From an uncultured Peptococcaceae bacterium (GTDB lineage: Bacteria; Bacillota; Dehalobacteriia; UBA4068; UBA4997): DNA of 64,000 nt. Positions 42,254-51,684 of the stretch are shown here, piece after piece. Within the stretch, counting starts at the first letter, position 1. Every line of letters starts with the position of its first letter. Location: contig CBCTTQ010000007.1 in NCBI GenBank assembly GCA_965149945.1, positions 1,645 through 65,644 on the forward strand, read 5' to 3'. Under the pieces are notes generated by a model, which was not told the DNA's origin, did not search any database, and worked only from the letters and a program-made list of their open reading frames with translations. Made by a program: the position numbers and the translations under genes.

Positions 42254-43286
42254 CTATCTCTCATCCTAACCCCCCGTCTTTCAAATAATTCCCTACCAAA
42301 AGTGTTCATTTGCAAATTCCGATTTATGACAGAATTCGACAAACAAACGCAAAAAAAGTTTCCCCCTGTATATAAAGCGCTCATTTCCCGCGTAGGACAT
42401 GCCACAGACGAAAACGAAATCATTTATACAAAAATATTTATTATCAGTAAATATTATCGATAAATGTTCTTAATTTTATTATACACTATCTTGGCAGCAA
42501 GAACCAGTATATTTCTTAATTATTTTCAATTATTTCGCAAAAAAAGCAACACCGTCTTTTCTCTCAAAGTAAGGATTTCCTTTTAGCAAAGTTCCGCATT
42601 TTCTTTCATTGCAATACGTTCCCGCTCAATGAAAAAAAAGAGAATCATTCTCAAATTCTAATGCCCTATTATCCCTTCTTCCGCATTCATTGGATATCCC
42701 TATTGGACAAAAAAGCGTTTTTCCATTCAATAAAAGTACAGAAAATTTCCGCGATTCATGAATCAACCCCCAATAAAACCGGCAAATAGGGAGACCGTTA
42801 TTTACCATATTACCTAACGCCCTTCTCCTGAAGCGAATAAAAGCCATCACTCCCTGCCAAAAAATGATAAAGAACAGGATTATATCCCCCAAAGGCATAG
42901 GATTTTTGCAGTTTTTTTACTCATAATTTCACAAATCGTTCAAATTCATCCATAAAAGACAAAATCACGTATATCCTTTCCGATTAATGGAAACACAATT
43001 CCATTTTTAAACAAAAGCCTTTATACAGGGGTTTTTTTGTGAAAAACAACGGAAAACACTATCCGATTTTCTTTTTTCCGAAAAAAACAAACCAAACACG
43101 CGCTTTTTCTATTTTAAATTTCCTGTTGAAATTTTCTGAAAAATATTATAAAATGTATATCAGATGGTAGAGTTATTGAATTAGCTCACACTGAAATTTG
43201 TGTTTTATTATCTTTCCCGTTTCTTGGATTTTCGCGGGAGAGGTAACATAAAATTATACACTTTATTTGATGAGGAGGAATATCTC

Positions 43287-44714
43287 ATGGCTAACATTGA
43301 TTGGAAACAAATTCAAGAATGGGACAAAAAGTACACATTAAAAGCTTTGTTTGCTGAAGATGAATATAATCCGATGTTCATCGAACATACCGAAGGTGAT
43401 TATCTGGTTGACAAAGATGGTACCAAATGGTTGGACTTCTGTAACCAGTTGTATTGCGTAAACGCTGGTCAGAATGTTCCTGAAATTCAGGAAGCCATCA
43501 AAGAAGCCACCAAGAGATATGGTTTCTTGTGGGATGAATATGCTACCAATTATAAAGCGGAAGCTGCTAAAATTTTGATCGAAGATGTAATCAACGCCAA
43601 CACCAAAACCAAATGGGCGAGAAAAGTTCGTTTCACTCTGGGCGGCGGCGACTCTGTAGAAGTCGCGATGATGCTGGCTCGTCTGGTAACCGGCAAATCC
43701 TTGGTTGCCACTCGTATCTATGGTTATCATGGTGTTTCCACGGGTGCGGTTTCCTGTACTCGTCTGAACCCCTCTCGTAACAGTGAAGCCAGAGCTGACG
43801 GTTCCACCAAACCTTTGGCCGGCGCGGACTACCAGGGTACTTATGCTGTTCCCGCTCCGTTCTGTTACAGATGCCCTCTGGGTCACACCTATCCGGAATG
43901 TAAATGCGCTCTGCCCGGCGGTCAGCTGCCCTGCGTAAAACAAACCGAAGATTTGATCAGATCTCACGGCGTAGATCGTACCGCCGCTATCATCACAGAA
44001 CCTGCGATGGGTGCCGGTACCATCATGCCGCCGAAAGAATACCTGCCTCAGATTTTCGAAATGAAAAACCGTCTGGGCATCCTCTGGATCTGCGATGAAG
44101 TTTTGATGGGCTTCGGTCGTCTGGGTAAATGGTTCGGTCATCAGTACTACAGCGATGAAATTTATCCTGATTTGATGACAACCGCAAAAGGTTTGTCCTC
44201 TTCCTCCCTGCCGATCGGCGCTGTTGTAATCGGCGACAAGATTGCTGACTACATGGCACAGATTCGTTGGAACCACGTATCCACCTTCTCCGGTCATCCC
44301 TTGGCAGTAGCTGCCGCTGTTGCGAACATGAAATACCTGCTGAAAAACGATGCTCCCGGCAAATGTGCCGAAGCCGGCGAATATTTCCGTGCTGAATTGC
44401 TCGCTTTGCAGGAAAAACATAAAACAATCGGTCTGGTTGCCGGTGCCGGTATGTTCTGGGAAGTTGAATTGGTTAAAAACAGAGAAACCAAAGAAGCCTT
44501 CATTCCTGAAGACCGTTTCTATCAGTATCAGGGTACCTTCCCGATTCCCGTTGGTATCGTAGGCGGCGAATGCGCGAAGAAAAACGTTATCCTGACCGGT
44601 TTCTGTCCGAACACTCTGCGTATTGGCGCTTCTTGCTTCGTAAGCAAAGAATCCATGGACAAAGCCATCGATGCTTTGGACGGCGCTTTGGACGTTTTGG
44701 ACAGCCAGTGCTAA
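43287..44714 (+). CDS. class-III (omega) aminotransferase, pyruvate-dependent type
   Basis: Start at MANIDWKQ with a GAGGAGG RBS; PLP fold-type I class III features (YGYHG, DEVLMGFGRLGKWFG, TTAKGLSS). Codon usage is strongly biased (ctg/cgt/ggt/ttc/atc). Confidence 0.85.
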   Translation: MANIDWKQIQEWDKKYTLKALFAEDEYNPMFIEHTEGDYLVDKDGTKWLDFCNQLYCVNAGQNVPEIQEAIKEATKRYGFLWDEYATNYKAEAAKILIEDVINANTKTKWARKVRFTLGGGDSVEVAMMLARLVTGKSLVATRIYGYHGVSTGAVSCTRLNPSRNSEARADGSTKPLAGADYQGTYAVPAPFCYRCPLGHTYPECKCALPGGQLPCVKQTEDLIRSHGVDRTAAIITEPAMGAGTIMPPKEYLPQIFEMKNRLGILWICDEVLMGFGRLGKWFGHQYYSDEIYPDLMTTAKGLSSSSLPIGAVVIGDKIADYMAQIRWNHVSTFSGHPLAVAAAVANMKYLLKNDAPGKCAEAGEYFRAELLALQEKHKTIGLVAGAGMFWEVELVKNRETKEAFIPEDRFYQYQGTFPIPVGIVGGECAKKNVILTGFCPNTLRIGASCFVSKESMDKAIDALDGALDVLDSQC

Positions 44715-44741
44715 ACTGAAACTGCTTATTTGTTAAGAGAA

Positions 44742-44775
44742 CCGCGCAGCCCTTTTCAGGGCTGCACGGTTTCAA
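44742..44775 (+). terminator. rho-independent terminator after the aminotransferase
   Basis: ccgcgcagccc-tttt-cagggctgcacgg followed by a T-rich run. Confidence 0.7.
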
Positions 44776-45116
44776 CTTTCTATTCGTGATGTTTTTTCAT
44801 TTGTTTTTATCTATTTGTTACTCGTTGCCTTTTGTTATGATGTTTTGTATGGGGGGATGTAGGTCCTTTGTTTGCTGACAGCGAATTGTCAGAACATTTC
44901 AAAAGGATGATATATTTTTCTTAAAGTTAACAAAGAAAAAACAAAACCTATATAAAGCATCCCCATTTAAATGTCTTTTTTAGGGTGAGACATTTAAATG
45001 TTTTTCACAAGTTTCAAGGGATGGGTTTGAGAGAGGATTTGGGCTTCGTGATATCATAAGCTTCATTTTGTTTTATCCCCATCCTTGAAAAAATTTATAT
45101 TATGGAGGTGCTTTTT

Positions 45117-46565
45117 ATGGCAACTACTAAAAAAATTGGGTTTATCCCATGTGTGGCAACAGCCATCGGGATCGTTGTATCCTCTTCGGCCTTGACATTG
45201 ATGGGCGAAGGCTTCGGCGGCGGCGGTACGGCATTCCTGATTTCTATGGTAATCGCTGCCTGTTTGAACTTATTTGTAGCTTTTTCCTTCGCGGAATTAT
45301 CCGGCATTCTGCCGGCTGCCGGTGGGATCAACCACTACACCCTGCCCGCTATGGGTTATGGGATGGGGATTTTCGCGGTGCTGAATGGTTACTTCGCGGT
45401 ATCCATTTTGTCCAACGCGGCGGAATCCTTCGTCGCGGGTGACGTACTCGCCACCTATTTGTTCCCCGGTTTGGGCATTGACGGCTGGATTTGGGCGATC
45501 ATCCTGATGCTGATCCTCGGCGCCATCAACCTGCGTTCGGTAAAATCCTATGCTTATTCTCAGGTATTCTTCACCACCGTTATGGTTGGTTCCATGGTAA
45601 TCTTATCCCTCGTTGGTTTGCTGGGTCTGGGCAATGAACCCGCCATCAACCCGCAATGGGGCTTTGACCTGACTGCAGGCGGCGGTCCGCTGATGCTGCT
45701 CGGTTTCTCTTTCTGGCTGTTCATCGGGTTGGAATTTGTTTGCCCGCTGGCCGAAGAAATTGAAAACCCGAAAAAATTCATCCCGCTGGCCATGGTTACC
45801 GCACTGGTATGTATCTTCATCTCCGACGCTTTGTTCGGTCTCTGCGCGTTGAAATATGTCGACATGGAAACCCTGTTCTCCGGTGGTACACCTCACGTTC
45901 GTGTCGCTTCCGAAATCTTAGGTCGTCCCGGTGAAATCTGGATCGGTATCATCTCCCTGATGGCTACCGCTTCCACCCTGAACACCTTCATCGCGGCCGT
46001 TCCTCGTATGCTCTTTGGTATGGCGCATGAAGGTCAGTTCCCGAAAGCGTTTGGTAAATTGAACCGTCTCGGCTCCCCCTTCTGGGGCGTAATCCTGGTA
46101 TGGTTCATCACCTCCGCTTTGATCGCTTGCTTCCATGGCAGCGAAGACGCGGTAGCGTTGATTAACACCTTCATCATGTCCGGTTCTATCGGTTGGATGA
46201 TTTGTTACCTGATTGCTCACATTGACGTATTGATTCTCCGCAAAAAATATCCGGATGTACATAGAGGATTCAAAGTACCGTTCGGTCCGTTGCTGCCGAT
46301 TATCGGTATCATCGGTTTGGTCTTCGTAATCGTTTACATTTGGCCCGATGGTTGGACCACAATCCTCTGGGGTTGGCCTTCCGAAGGTAAAGAAGCCTTC
46401 ATGGGCGGTTCCGTTATCATCTACCTGTTTGCCGGCGTTTTCGCCATTCTCGCGGCAATCTGGTCTGCAATCTGGGTAAAATGCGTTATGAAGAAAGGCT
46501 TCTTTGAAACCGTTCCTCTGGAAAAACTGAAAGAAGATCTGAAAACTTCTGAAATCGGTAAATAA
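45117..46565 (+). CDS. APC-superfamily amino acid permease
   Basis: About 12 TM helices; start at MATTKK because GGAGGTG sits 6 nt upstream; it shares the strong codon bias of the aminotransferase. Confidence 0.85.
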   Translation: MATTKKIGFIPCVATAIGIVVSSSALTLMGEGFGGGGTAFLISMVIAACLNLFVAFSFAELSGILPAAGGINHYTLPAMGYGMGIFAVLNGYFAVSILSNAAESFVAGDVLATYLFPGLGIDGWIWAIILMLILGAINLRSVKSYAYSQVFFTTVMVGSMVILSLVGLLGLGNEPAINPQWGFDLTAGGGPLMLLGFSFWLFIGLEFVCPLAEEIENPKKFIPLAMVTALVCIFISDALFGLCALKYVDMETLFSGGTPHVRVASEILGRPGEIWIGIISLMATASTLNTFIAAVPRMLFGMAHEGQFPKAFGKLNRLGSPFWGVILVWFITSALIACFHGSEDAVALINTFIMSGSIGWMICYLIAHIDVLILRKKYPDVHRGFKVPFGPLLPIIGIIGLVFVIVYIWPDGWTTILWGWPSEGKEAFMGGSVIIYLFAGVFAILAAIWSAIWVKCVMKKGFFETVPLEKLKEDLKTSEIGK

Positions 46566-46616
46566 TCCATTTTACACTTATTATATAAAAACAAAACGAA
46601 TAGAAAATCCTATAGA

Positions 46617-46652
46617 GACAGGAAGCGCCGGACGGCGCTTCCTGCTTTTTAT
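46617..46652 (+). terminator. rho-independent terminator after the permease
   Basis: caggaagcgcc-ggac-ggcgcttcctg followed by TTTTT. Confidence 0.8.
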
Positions 46653-46978
46653 TTTACCTTTCTCTGATATTTTTCTTCCTTTTTTCCGCGGCAAAAATTC
46701 CCCATCACGACCGGCTTAAAGGAACGCTTCCACTGCCCGCTGTGAAATCCGTTTGATCGCCAAAAAAATAACCACTCGAACAGAGCAAAAGCTGATTCGA
46801 TGACATGAATACTTTTTCATCTCATCAGAAAATACTGTATACCAAAGAATAAAATGCCCCTGTTTCATTGACATTTGCGAATTAAATGATTACCATAATA
46901 ATAGAGAAAAAAAGATACTTATACATTTTGCGTTTTCATCACTCATAGAACGACAGTCCGCAGAAACGAGGTGTGCTT

Positions 46979-47596
46979 ATGATCGTAACACTTTTTGGGG
47001 TTGAAGTAAACCTGTTGGCCCAGCTGTTCGGGCTGATCATGTTGATTTTCATTGTCATATCCTATAATGTCCATGACAATAAATATTTTATTTTCATGAC
47101 GGTGGCGTTTTCTTTCTGTGCCTTGGAATCTATCACCTTAGGCTCCATCACTAATTTCATCTGTTGCCTGGTTTCCATAGCGCGCAGTCTTTCGGTGCTA
47201 TACTACCGCAAGCGGGATCTGGACATTCCCAAATGGTTGCCGGTGGTTTTGATTGTGCCCATCTTTGCCATCGGAGTTTGGGCAGTCGTCACCGATAATC
47301 CATGGTACCAGCTGATGCCGCCGGTATTGATTATCACACTGACCATCTTGACTATGCAAAAGAGCATGTTTATCCTGAAAACGGGCAGTATCTTCATCGA
47401 AGCCGGCTTGATGGTGTTCAATTTCTTTATCGGCGCCTATGTAGGCGTCATTCGCCAAGCCATCGCGGTGATTTCTGTTATTGTCGGCTTAATCCGCTAC
47501 CATCGAGCGCTGCAAAAAGGAGAGGCTTTTGATTCTCTGCAACGCCTGAATCATCCGGAAAACGCCCCCGAAGAAGCGGAAAAACCCGCAACCTGA
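46979..47596 (+). CDS. small polytopic membrane protein (YgjV-like?)
   Basis: About 205 aa with 5-6 hydrophobic helices, a GAGGTG RBS, a TTGACA promoter element upstream and a terminator downstream. Confidence 0.5.
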   Translation: MIVTLFGVEVNLLAQLFGLIMLIFIVISYNVHDNKYFIFMTVAFSFCALESITLGSITNFICCLVSIARSLSVLYYRKRDLDIPKWLPVVLIVPIFAIGVWAVVTDNPWYQLMPPVLIITLTILTMQKSMFILKTGSIFIEAGLMVFNFFIGAYVGVIRQAIAVISVIVGLIRYHRALQKGEAFDSLQRLNHPENAPEEAEKPAT

Positions 47597-47624
47597 CAAA
47601 ACTATCAATCATAAAACACCAAAA

Positions 47625-47653
47625 GACAGACGGAATAATCCGCCTGTCTTTTT
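47625..47653 (+). terminator. rho-independent terminator
   Basis: agacagacgg...ccgcctgtct followed by TTTT. Confidence 0.65.
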
Positions 47654-48133
47654 GCATGAGGGAACTATAAAATTTGAAACATATCAAATCTCTTAAAACA
47701 TGTTGAGAAAGAAGGGGTTCCTTTCTTTTATTCCTCGATCATCCCAATACCCAGGAACATATGATTTTCATCACACTTCACACAAGCGCACCATCTCCCA
47801 TGCTATGATGCGCGATGTTTTATCCGTCCTGATAAAAGGCGTTTTAAAACGTCGCTTTCAAAAGAACCGGATTCGCACACCACCTCCAAGCGACCAACAT
47901 CTCCGCTGTTTCCATATTTTTATGAAAGGAAAGAGACAACAAGCGGTCTGTCTTATTTATAGGAGTTTGCCGCTTCAGATGCTGCTCCTAAGAGATTCGT
48001 ATCAAAGGCAGTCAAGCATTCCTCGTCAAACTATTTTTTTAACCGAAACAATCCCGACTCCAATTTGATTTTACTCCCTTTGCATCGCCTTCAAGTATAG
48101 TGAAATTCGACAGATTCCCTTTACAGAAAGTCG

Positions 48134-48694
48134 TCAGGCGGAAGGCGTGCCGTATTTTTCCACCATAACTTTCACCGTGGGCAAAAGATCCTCGGCCATA
48201 TAGAAATCTCCCATACGGTCTGTTCCTTGATAAACATTTTCCACAGTACCTTTTGTGATTTTTCCGTAATCTATGTCTTCATACAGCGAAATAACACAGT
48301 CATCATTGAAATGAACATAGTAATAGCACATTCCTTCGTAACGGTGTTCATCGGGAACCTTCTCCCAAGAAGCGAAATCCACACTGTCGATGAGGGTCTG
48401 AATATCCGTCGGATCGGTAATGGTCGCTACACAAACCCGACTTTCCCCATCTATGAAAATCTGTACCTCCTGCGATTCCAATGGATAATTTTCTTCCAGA
48501 TATTGCTCGAGGGGAACTCCGTTGACCACCGTTTGGATATCCATCGGTTCTGCCGCCTGAGCGCCTTGTTCATTTTGCTCCTCCGTTTGGCCGGACTGCC
48601 CGTTGGGCTCCGCGGCGGGTTCCTTTGTCTCACCGCAAGCGGTGAGTCCCAAAGCAAAAATGGCAATGCAAAGAATCAACAATATTTTTTTCAT
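48134..48694 (-). CDS. lipoprotein, tandem paralog 1 (unknown function)
   Basis: MKKILLILCIAIFALGLTAC lipobox, conserved YYYVHFNDDC core, start at the MKK ATG. Confidence 0.75.
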   Translation of the reverse strand: MKKILLILCIAIFALGLTACGETKEPAAEPNGQSGQTEEQNEQGAQAAEPMDIQTVVNGVPLEQYLEENYPLESQEVQIFIDGESRVCVATITDPTDIQTLIDSVDFASWEKVPDEHRYEGMCYYYVHFNDDCVISLYEDIDYGKITKGTVENVYQGTDRMGDFYMAEDLLPTVKVMVEKYGTPSA

Positions 48695-48773
48695 AGGTAT
48701 CAATCTCCTTTCCTGATCAGATCATTCCAAAAATAACACGGGCACGAAATCAGGCTTTACCGTTATGTTGCCG

Positions 48774-49316
48774 TCAGGTGGAAGGCGTGCCGTATTTTTC
48801 CACCATAGCTTTCACCGTGGGCAAAAGATCCTCGGCCATATAAAAGTCTCCCATGTGAAAATGTCCTTCAGCACTTAAATCATGAATACTATCTACGGTT
48901 CCTTTTTCGATCCCACCATAAGAATCATCCTCATACAGCGAAACAGTACAATTGTCATTGAAATGCACATAATAATAGCAAATTCCATCGTACCCTTGTT
49001 GCGGAAGTACCTTCTCCCAGGAAGAGAAATCCACACTGCTGATGAGAGTCTGAATATCCGCCGGATCGGTAATGGTCGCCACATGAATAAGCTCCATTGA
49101 TTGATTAACAAAAATCTCTATTTTTTTCGATTCCAGCGGATAGTTTTCCGCCAGATACTGTTCGAGAGGAACGCCTTCCACGGTTTGCGTGTCCTCTTGC
49201 GTATTCTCCTGGACAGGCTGCCCGTTGGGCTCCGCGGCGGGTTCCTTTGTCTCACCGCAAGCGGTGAGACCCAAGGCGAAAATGGCAATGCAAAGAATCA
49301 GCAATGTTTTTTTCAT
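48774..49316 (-). CDS. lipoprotein, tandem paralog 2
   Basis: MKKTLLILCIAIFALGLTAC lipobox; N-terminus identical to paralog 1. Confidence 0.75.
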   Translation of the reverse strand: MKKTLLILCIAIFALGLTACGETKEPAAEPNGQPVQENTQEDTQTVEGVPLEQYLAENYPLESKKIEIFVNQSMELIHVATITDPADIQTLISSVDFSSWEKVLPQQGYDGICYYYVHFNDNCTVSLYEDDSYGGIEKGTVDSIHDLSAEGHFHMGDFYMAEDLLPTVKAMVEKYGTPST

Positions 49317-49375
49317 AGGTATCATCTCCCTTTATCCATTCTCGTATCGTTTCTTTACGAAAAATCAAACTTTGC

Positions 49376-49930
49376 TCACGCGGAGGGAGAACCGTATTTT
49401 TCCACCATTGCTTGTACCGTGGTCAAAAAGCCTTCCGGCATATTGAAGCATCCTTCTCTATCCGTGATCATATCATCTGTTACATATGAAGCATTTTCCA
49501 AAGAGGCCCTGCCGATATCCCCGTAAGCAATATCATCATACATGCCAATGATACAATCATCATTAAAATGCACATAATAATAATTTATGCCCGCATACCC
49601 ATCAGCAGGATCCGCAAGTCCTTCCCAGGAAGCAAAATCTACACTGTCGATGAGCGCTTGAATATCTATCGGGTCAGTAACGGTTACCACAGGTTTATAG
49701 AATAAGTCTCCGTCTATATTAGCAAAAATGATCACCTTCTTCGATTCCAACGGATAAGTTTCCGCGAGATACTGATCGAGGGGGACGCCGTTGATCGTCT
49801 GGGTGCCTGTCGGTTCTTCTGCCTCTGTCGCTTGTTCATTGGGATCCGCGACGGGTTCTTCTGTTTCTCCGCAAGCGGCAAGTCCCAACGCCAAAACAAC
49901 CAGCAGCAGAGCCATCCATATCTTTTTCAT
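49376..49930 (-). CDS. lipoprotein, tandem paralog 3
   Basis: MKKIWMALLLVVLALGLAAC lipobox; more diverged. Confidence 0.75.
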   Translation of the reverse strand: MKKIWMALLLVVLALGLAACGETEEPVADPNEQATEAEEPTGTQTINGVPLDQYLAETYPLESKKVIIFANIDGDLFYKPVVTVTDPIDIQALIDSVDFASWEGLADPADGYAGINYYYVHFNDDCIIGMYDDIAYGDIGRASLENASYVTDDMITDREGCFNMPEGFLTTVQAMVEKYGSPSA

Positions 49931-49978
49931 GGTTATCATCTCCCTTTATCCATTCTCGTATCGTTTCTTTACAAAAAA

Positions 49979-51454
49979 TCAAACTTTACCGTTATAGGTT
50001 TTATCACCAAGACAATACAGCGGTAAATCTAATGTGCTAAGAGAATTTCTGGTATTCACAGCAGCCGTATAAAGATAACGACTTCCATTTACCTGCGGCC
50101 AAAACTCTCTGTTGTATTGGCGCATATTCGTAACTTTCACTGTATTATAGAAACCCATGAAAAATCTATCCTGACTATTAGAAGTAATATTAAACGCACT
50201 TGCCCATGCAGGCGTACCAGTTTCACAAGCGCTTAAAAATACAAACTTCCAATTACCGTTGTAACCATCAATCGTTGTCCGATTCAAACTCCAAACGATA
50301 TCGTCTTTAGTATCTTTCGCACATATCACATCATTATCACCGTGTCCATAAAACATAAATCCATAAGCGTCGCTCTTCTTCAAAAAGCTCATAATTGTGT
50401 TTTTCAGTGAGTATTCCTTTGATGTTGTTCCTGTAGCAGAATATCCTAATCTCTTAAACGCGGCTTTTGCCAAGGACACATTACTGGAACTTTCGCTCAT
50501 ATAACCATCGCCATATGCTCCAGCAGAAAGCATCATGACATTACCTCCAATTACCTCACCAGTTACAGCATCCACATACACAAACTGATTACCGCCATTC
50601 AAAGAAATATTATAAGCCAATCTTACAAAATCTGCGGGTTCATAGGGACCGCCTTCTCTCCAGTAATAATTGGGCTGCACATAACATAATTCTGCTCCAT
50701 CCACAGTTGCTTGCAATTTTTCAATCACTGGCTGAGCTGCGACAATAGCTTCTTCTTTGCTGATTTCAGCGGTTGTAGTATTCGCTTCCAAATCAAATGT
50801 ACTCAAAAACGCCAAAGAAGCATCTTTTCTAGCAATGGTAATATTCACACCATCACATTCATTCACTAAACCATTTTCTAAAACTTGTCGATATGCCAAT
50901 AACCAATAATCAACAGTTACCTTTTCAGATTTAACTAATTTGTATTCCCCTTCCAGTTCCAACATTTCTAAAGTTTGTTCACCGGTAGCAATATATTGCT
51001 CTTCGCTTGTTGAAAAAGTTTCTTCCCATGTAGGCGCAAGCAAATCAGCATCAGCATGATAGATATCAACAATTTGATTATTGGAATCAACAGAAATATA
51101 AGATTCATCATCAATGATGTATTTGGTATAAATCTCATTGGTATAACCTATTACATCTTTCATTGTTTCTGCTTTTTTCACATTGTCTACAGAGATTCCC
51201 AATGTTTCCAAATCATCTTGGGTATCCTTATCCAAAACCGTTGTACTAATTCCAGATACTGTCGCACTTTTCAAAAGTATATCTTGTATATCACCATTAT
51301 TTTGTTCTGATACCGGAATAGGCTTCGCTTGCGCGATGACACTTTCCTTTTGCCCTACCACATCGGATGTTTCCGCGAAAGCACTCACGCCGGAAGTCAT
51401 GAATACCGCAAAAACTAAAAACAACGCCAACACTTTGGACACATTCTTTTTCAT
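49979..51454 (-). CDS. secreted caspase-fold cysteine peptidase-like protein (clan CD; CHAT/C11-like) with a PepSY-like N-terminal region
   Basis: Signal peptide MKKNVSKVLALFLVFAVFMTSGVSAFA. A putative His-Cys dyad sits in beta-strand contexts FMFYGHGDN and KFVFLSACETG, spaced about 40 aa apart. Confidence 0.55.
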   Translation of the reverse strand: MKKNVSKVLALFLVFAVFMTSGVSAFAETSDVVGQKESVIAQAKPIPVSEQNNGDIQDILLKSATVSGISTTVLDKDTQDDLETLGISVDNVKKAETMKDVIGYTNEIYTKYIIDDESYISVDSNNQIVDIYHADADLLAPTWEETFSTSEEQYIATGEQTLEMLELEGEYKLVKSEKVTVDYWLLAYRQVLENGLVNECDGVNITIARKDASLAFLSTFDLEANTTTAEISKEEAIVAAQPVIEKLQATVDGAELCYVQPNYYWREGGPYEPADFVRLAYNISLNGGNQFVYVDAVTGEVIGGNVMMLSAGAYGDGYMSESSSNVSLAKAAFKRLGYSATGTTSKEYSLKNTIMSFLKKSDAYGFMFYGHGDNDVICAKDTKDDIVWSLNRTTIDGYNGNWKFVFLSACETGTPAWASAFNITSNSQDRFFMGFYNTVKVTNMRQYNREFWPQVNGSRYLYTAAVNTRNSLSTLDLPLYCLGDKTYNGKV

Positions 51455-51684
51455 AATTATTCACACTCTCCTTACTTTTATTAGTGCCGTCCCGCCCACC
51501 CATCATTTTTTATAGCAAAAATTCTCAAGGGAATCTTGTGATCAAGCCTTCTTCCTGCTTTTTTTCATCACATTTTTAAGACCGCGTCCCCTTCGCCGCG
51601 GTTTTTATTCTCCATTTGGATGAACAAAATTTCCCCCGTATTTATCCAAATAGGATAAATGGCTCACACACTATACCCGCGTCA

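Larger units (their letters stand above)
48121..49990 (-). repeat. three tandem direct repeats of about 600-640 bp, each carrying a lipoprotein gene with its upstream region
   Basis: Units at 48121-48773, 48774-49375 and 49376-49990 share near-identical 5' and 3' ends (ggtatcatctccctttatccattctcgtatcgtttctttac...; ...gtatttttccaccat). Confidence 0.85.

Noticed and set aside
42626-42898. 90-aa minus-strand ORF inside the 1-kb non-coding region
   Set aside because: No RBS, low-complexity hydrophobic and Arg-rich sequence, in AT-rich DNA; treated as spurious.
44950-45010. A TAGGGTGA motif in the permease leader considered as a T-box
   Set aside because: It lacks the T-box consensus (AATTAGGGTGGTACCGCG) and a specifier-loop architecture.
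47700-48068. 122-aa plus-strand ORF (MLRKKGFLSF...) downstream of the YgjV-like gene
   Set aside because: No RBS, atypical composition rich in Arg, Ser and His, and it follows a terminator; probably non-coding spacer.
48121-49990. Three regularly spaced direct repeats considered as a CRISPR-like array
   Set aside because: The repeats are about 600 bp and protein-coding (lipoproteins), with no short repeat-spacer structure; no CRISPR array is present in the window.
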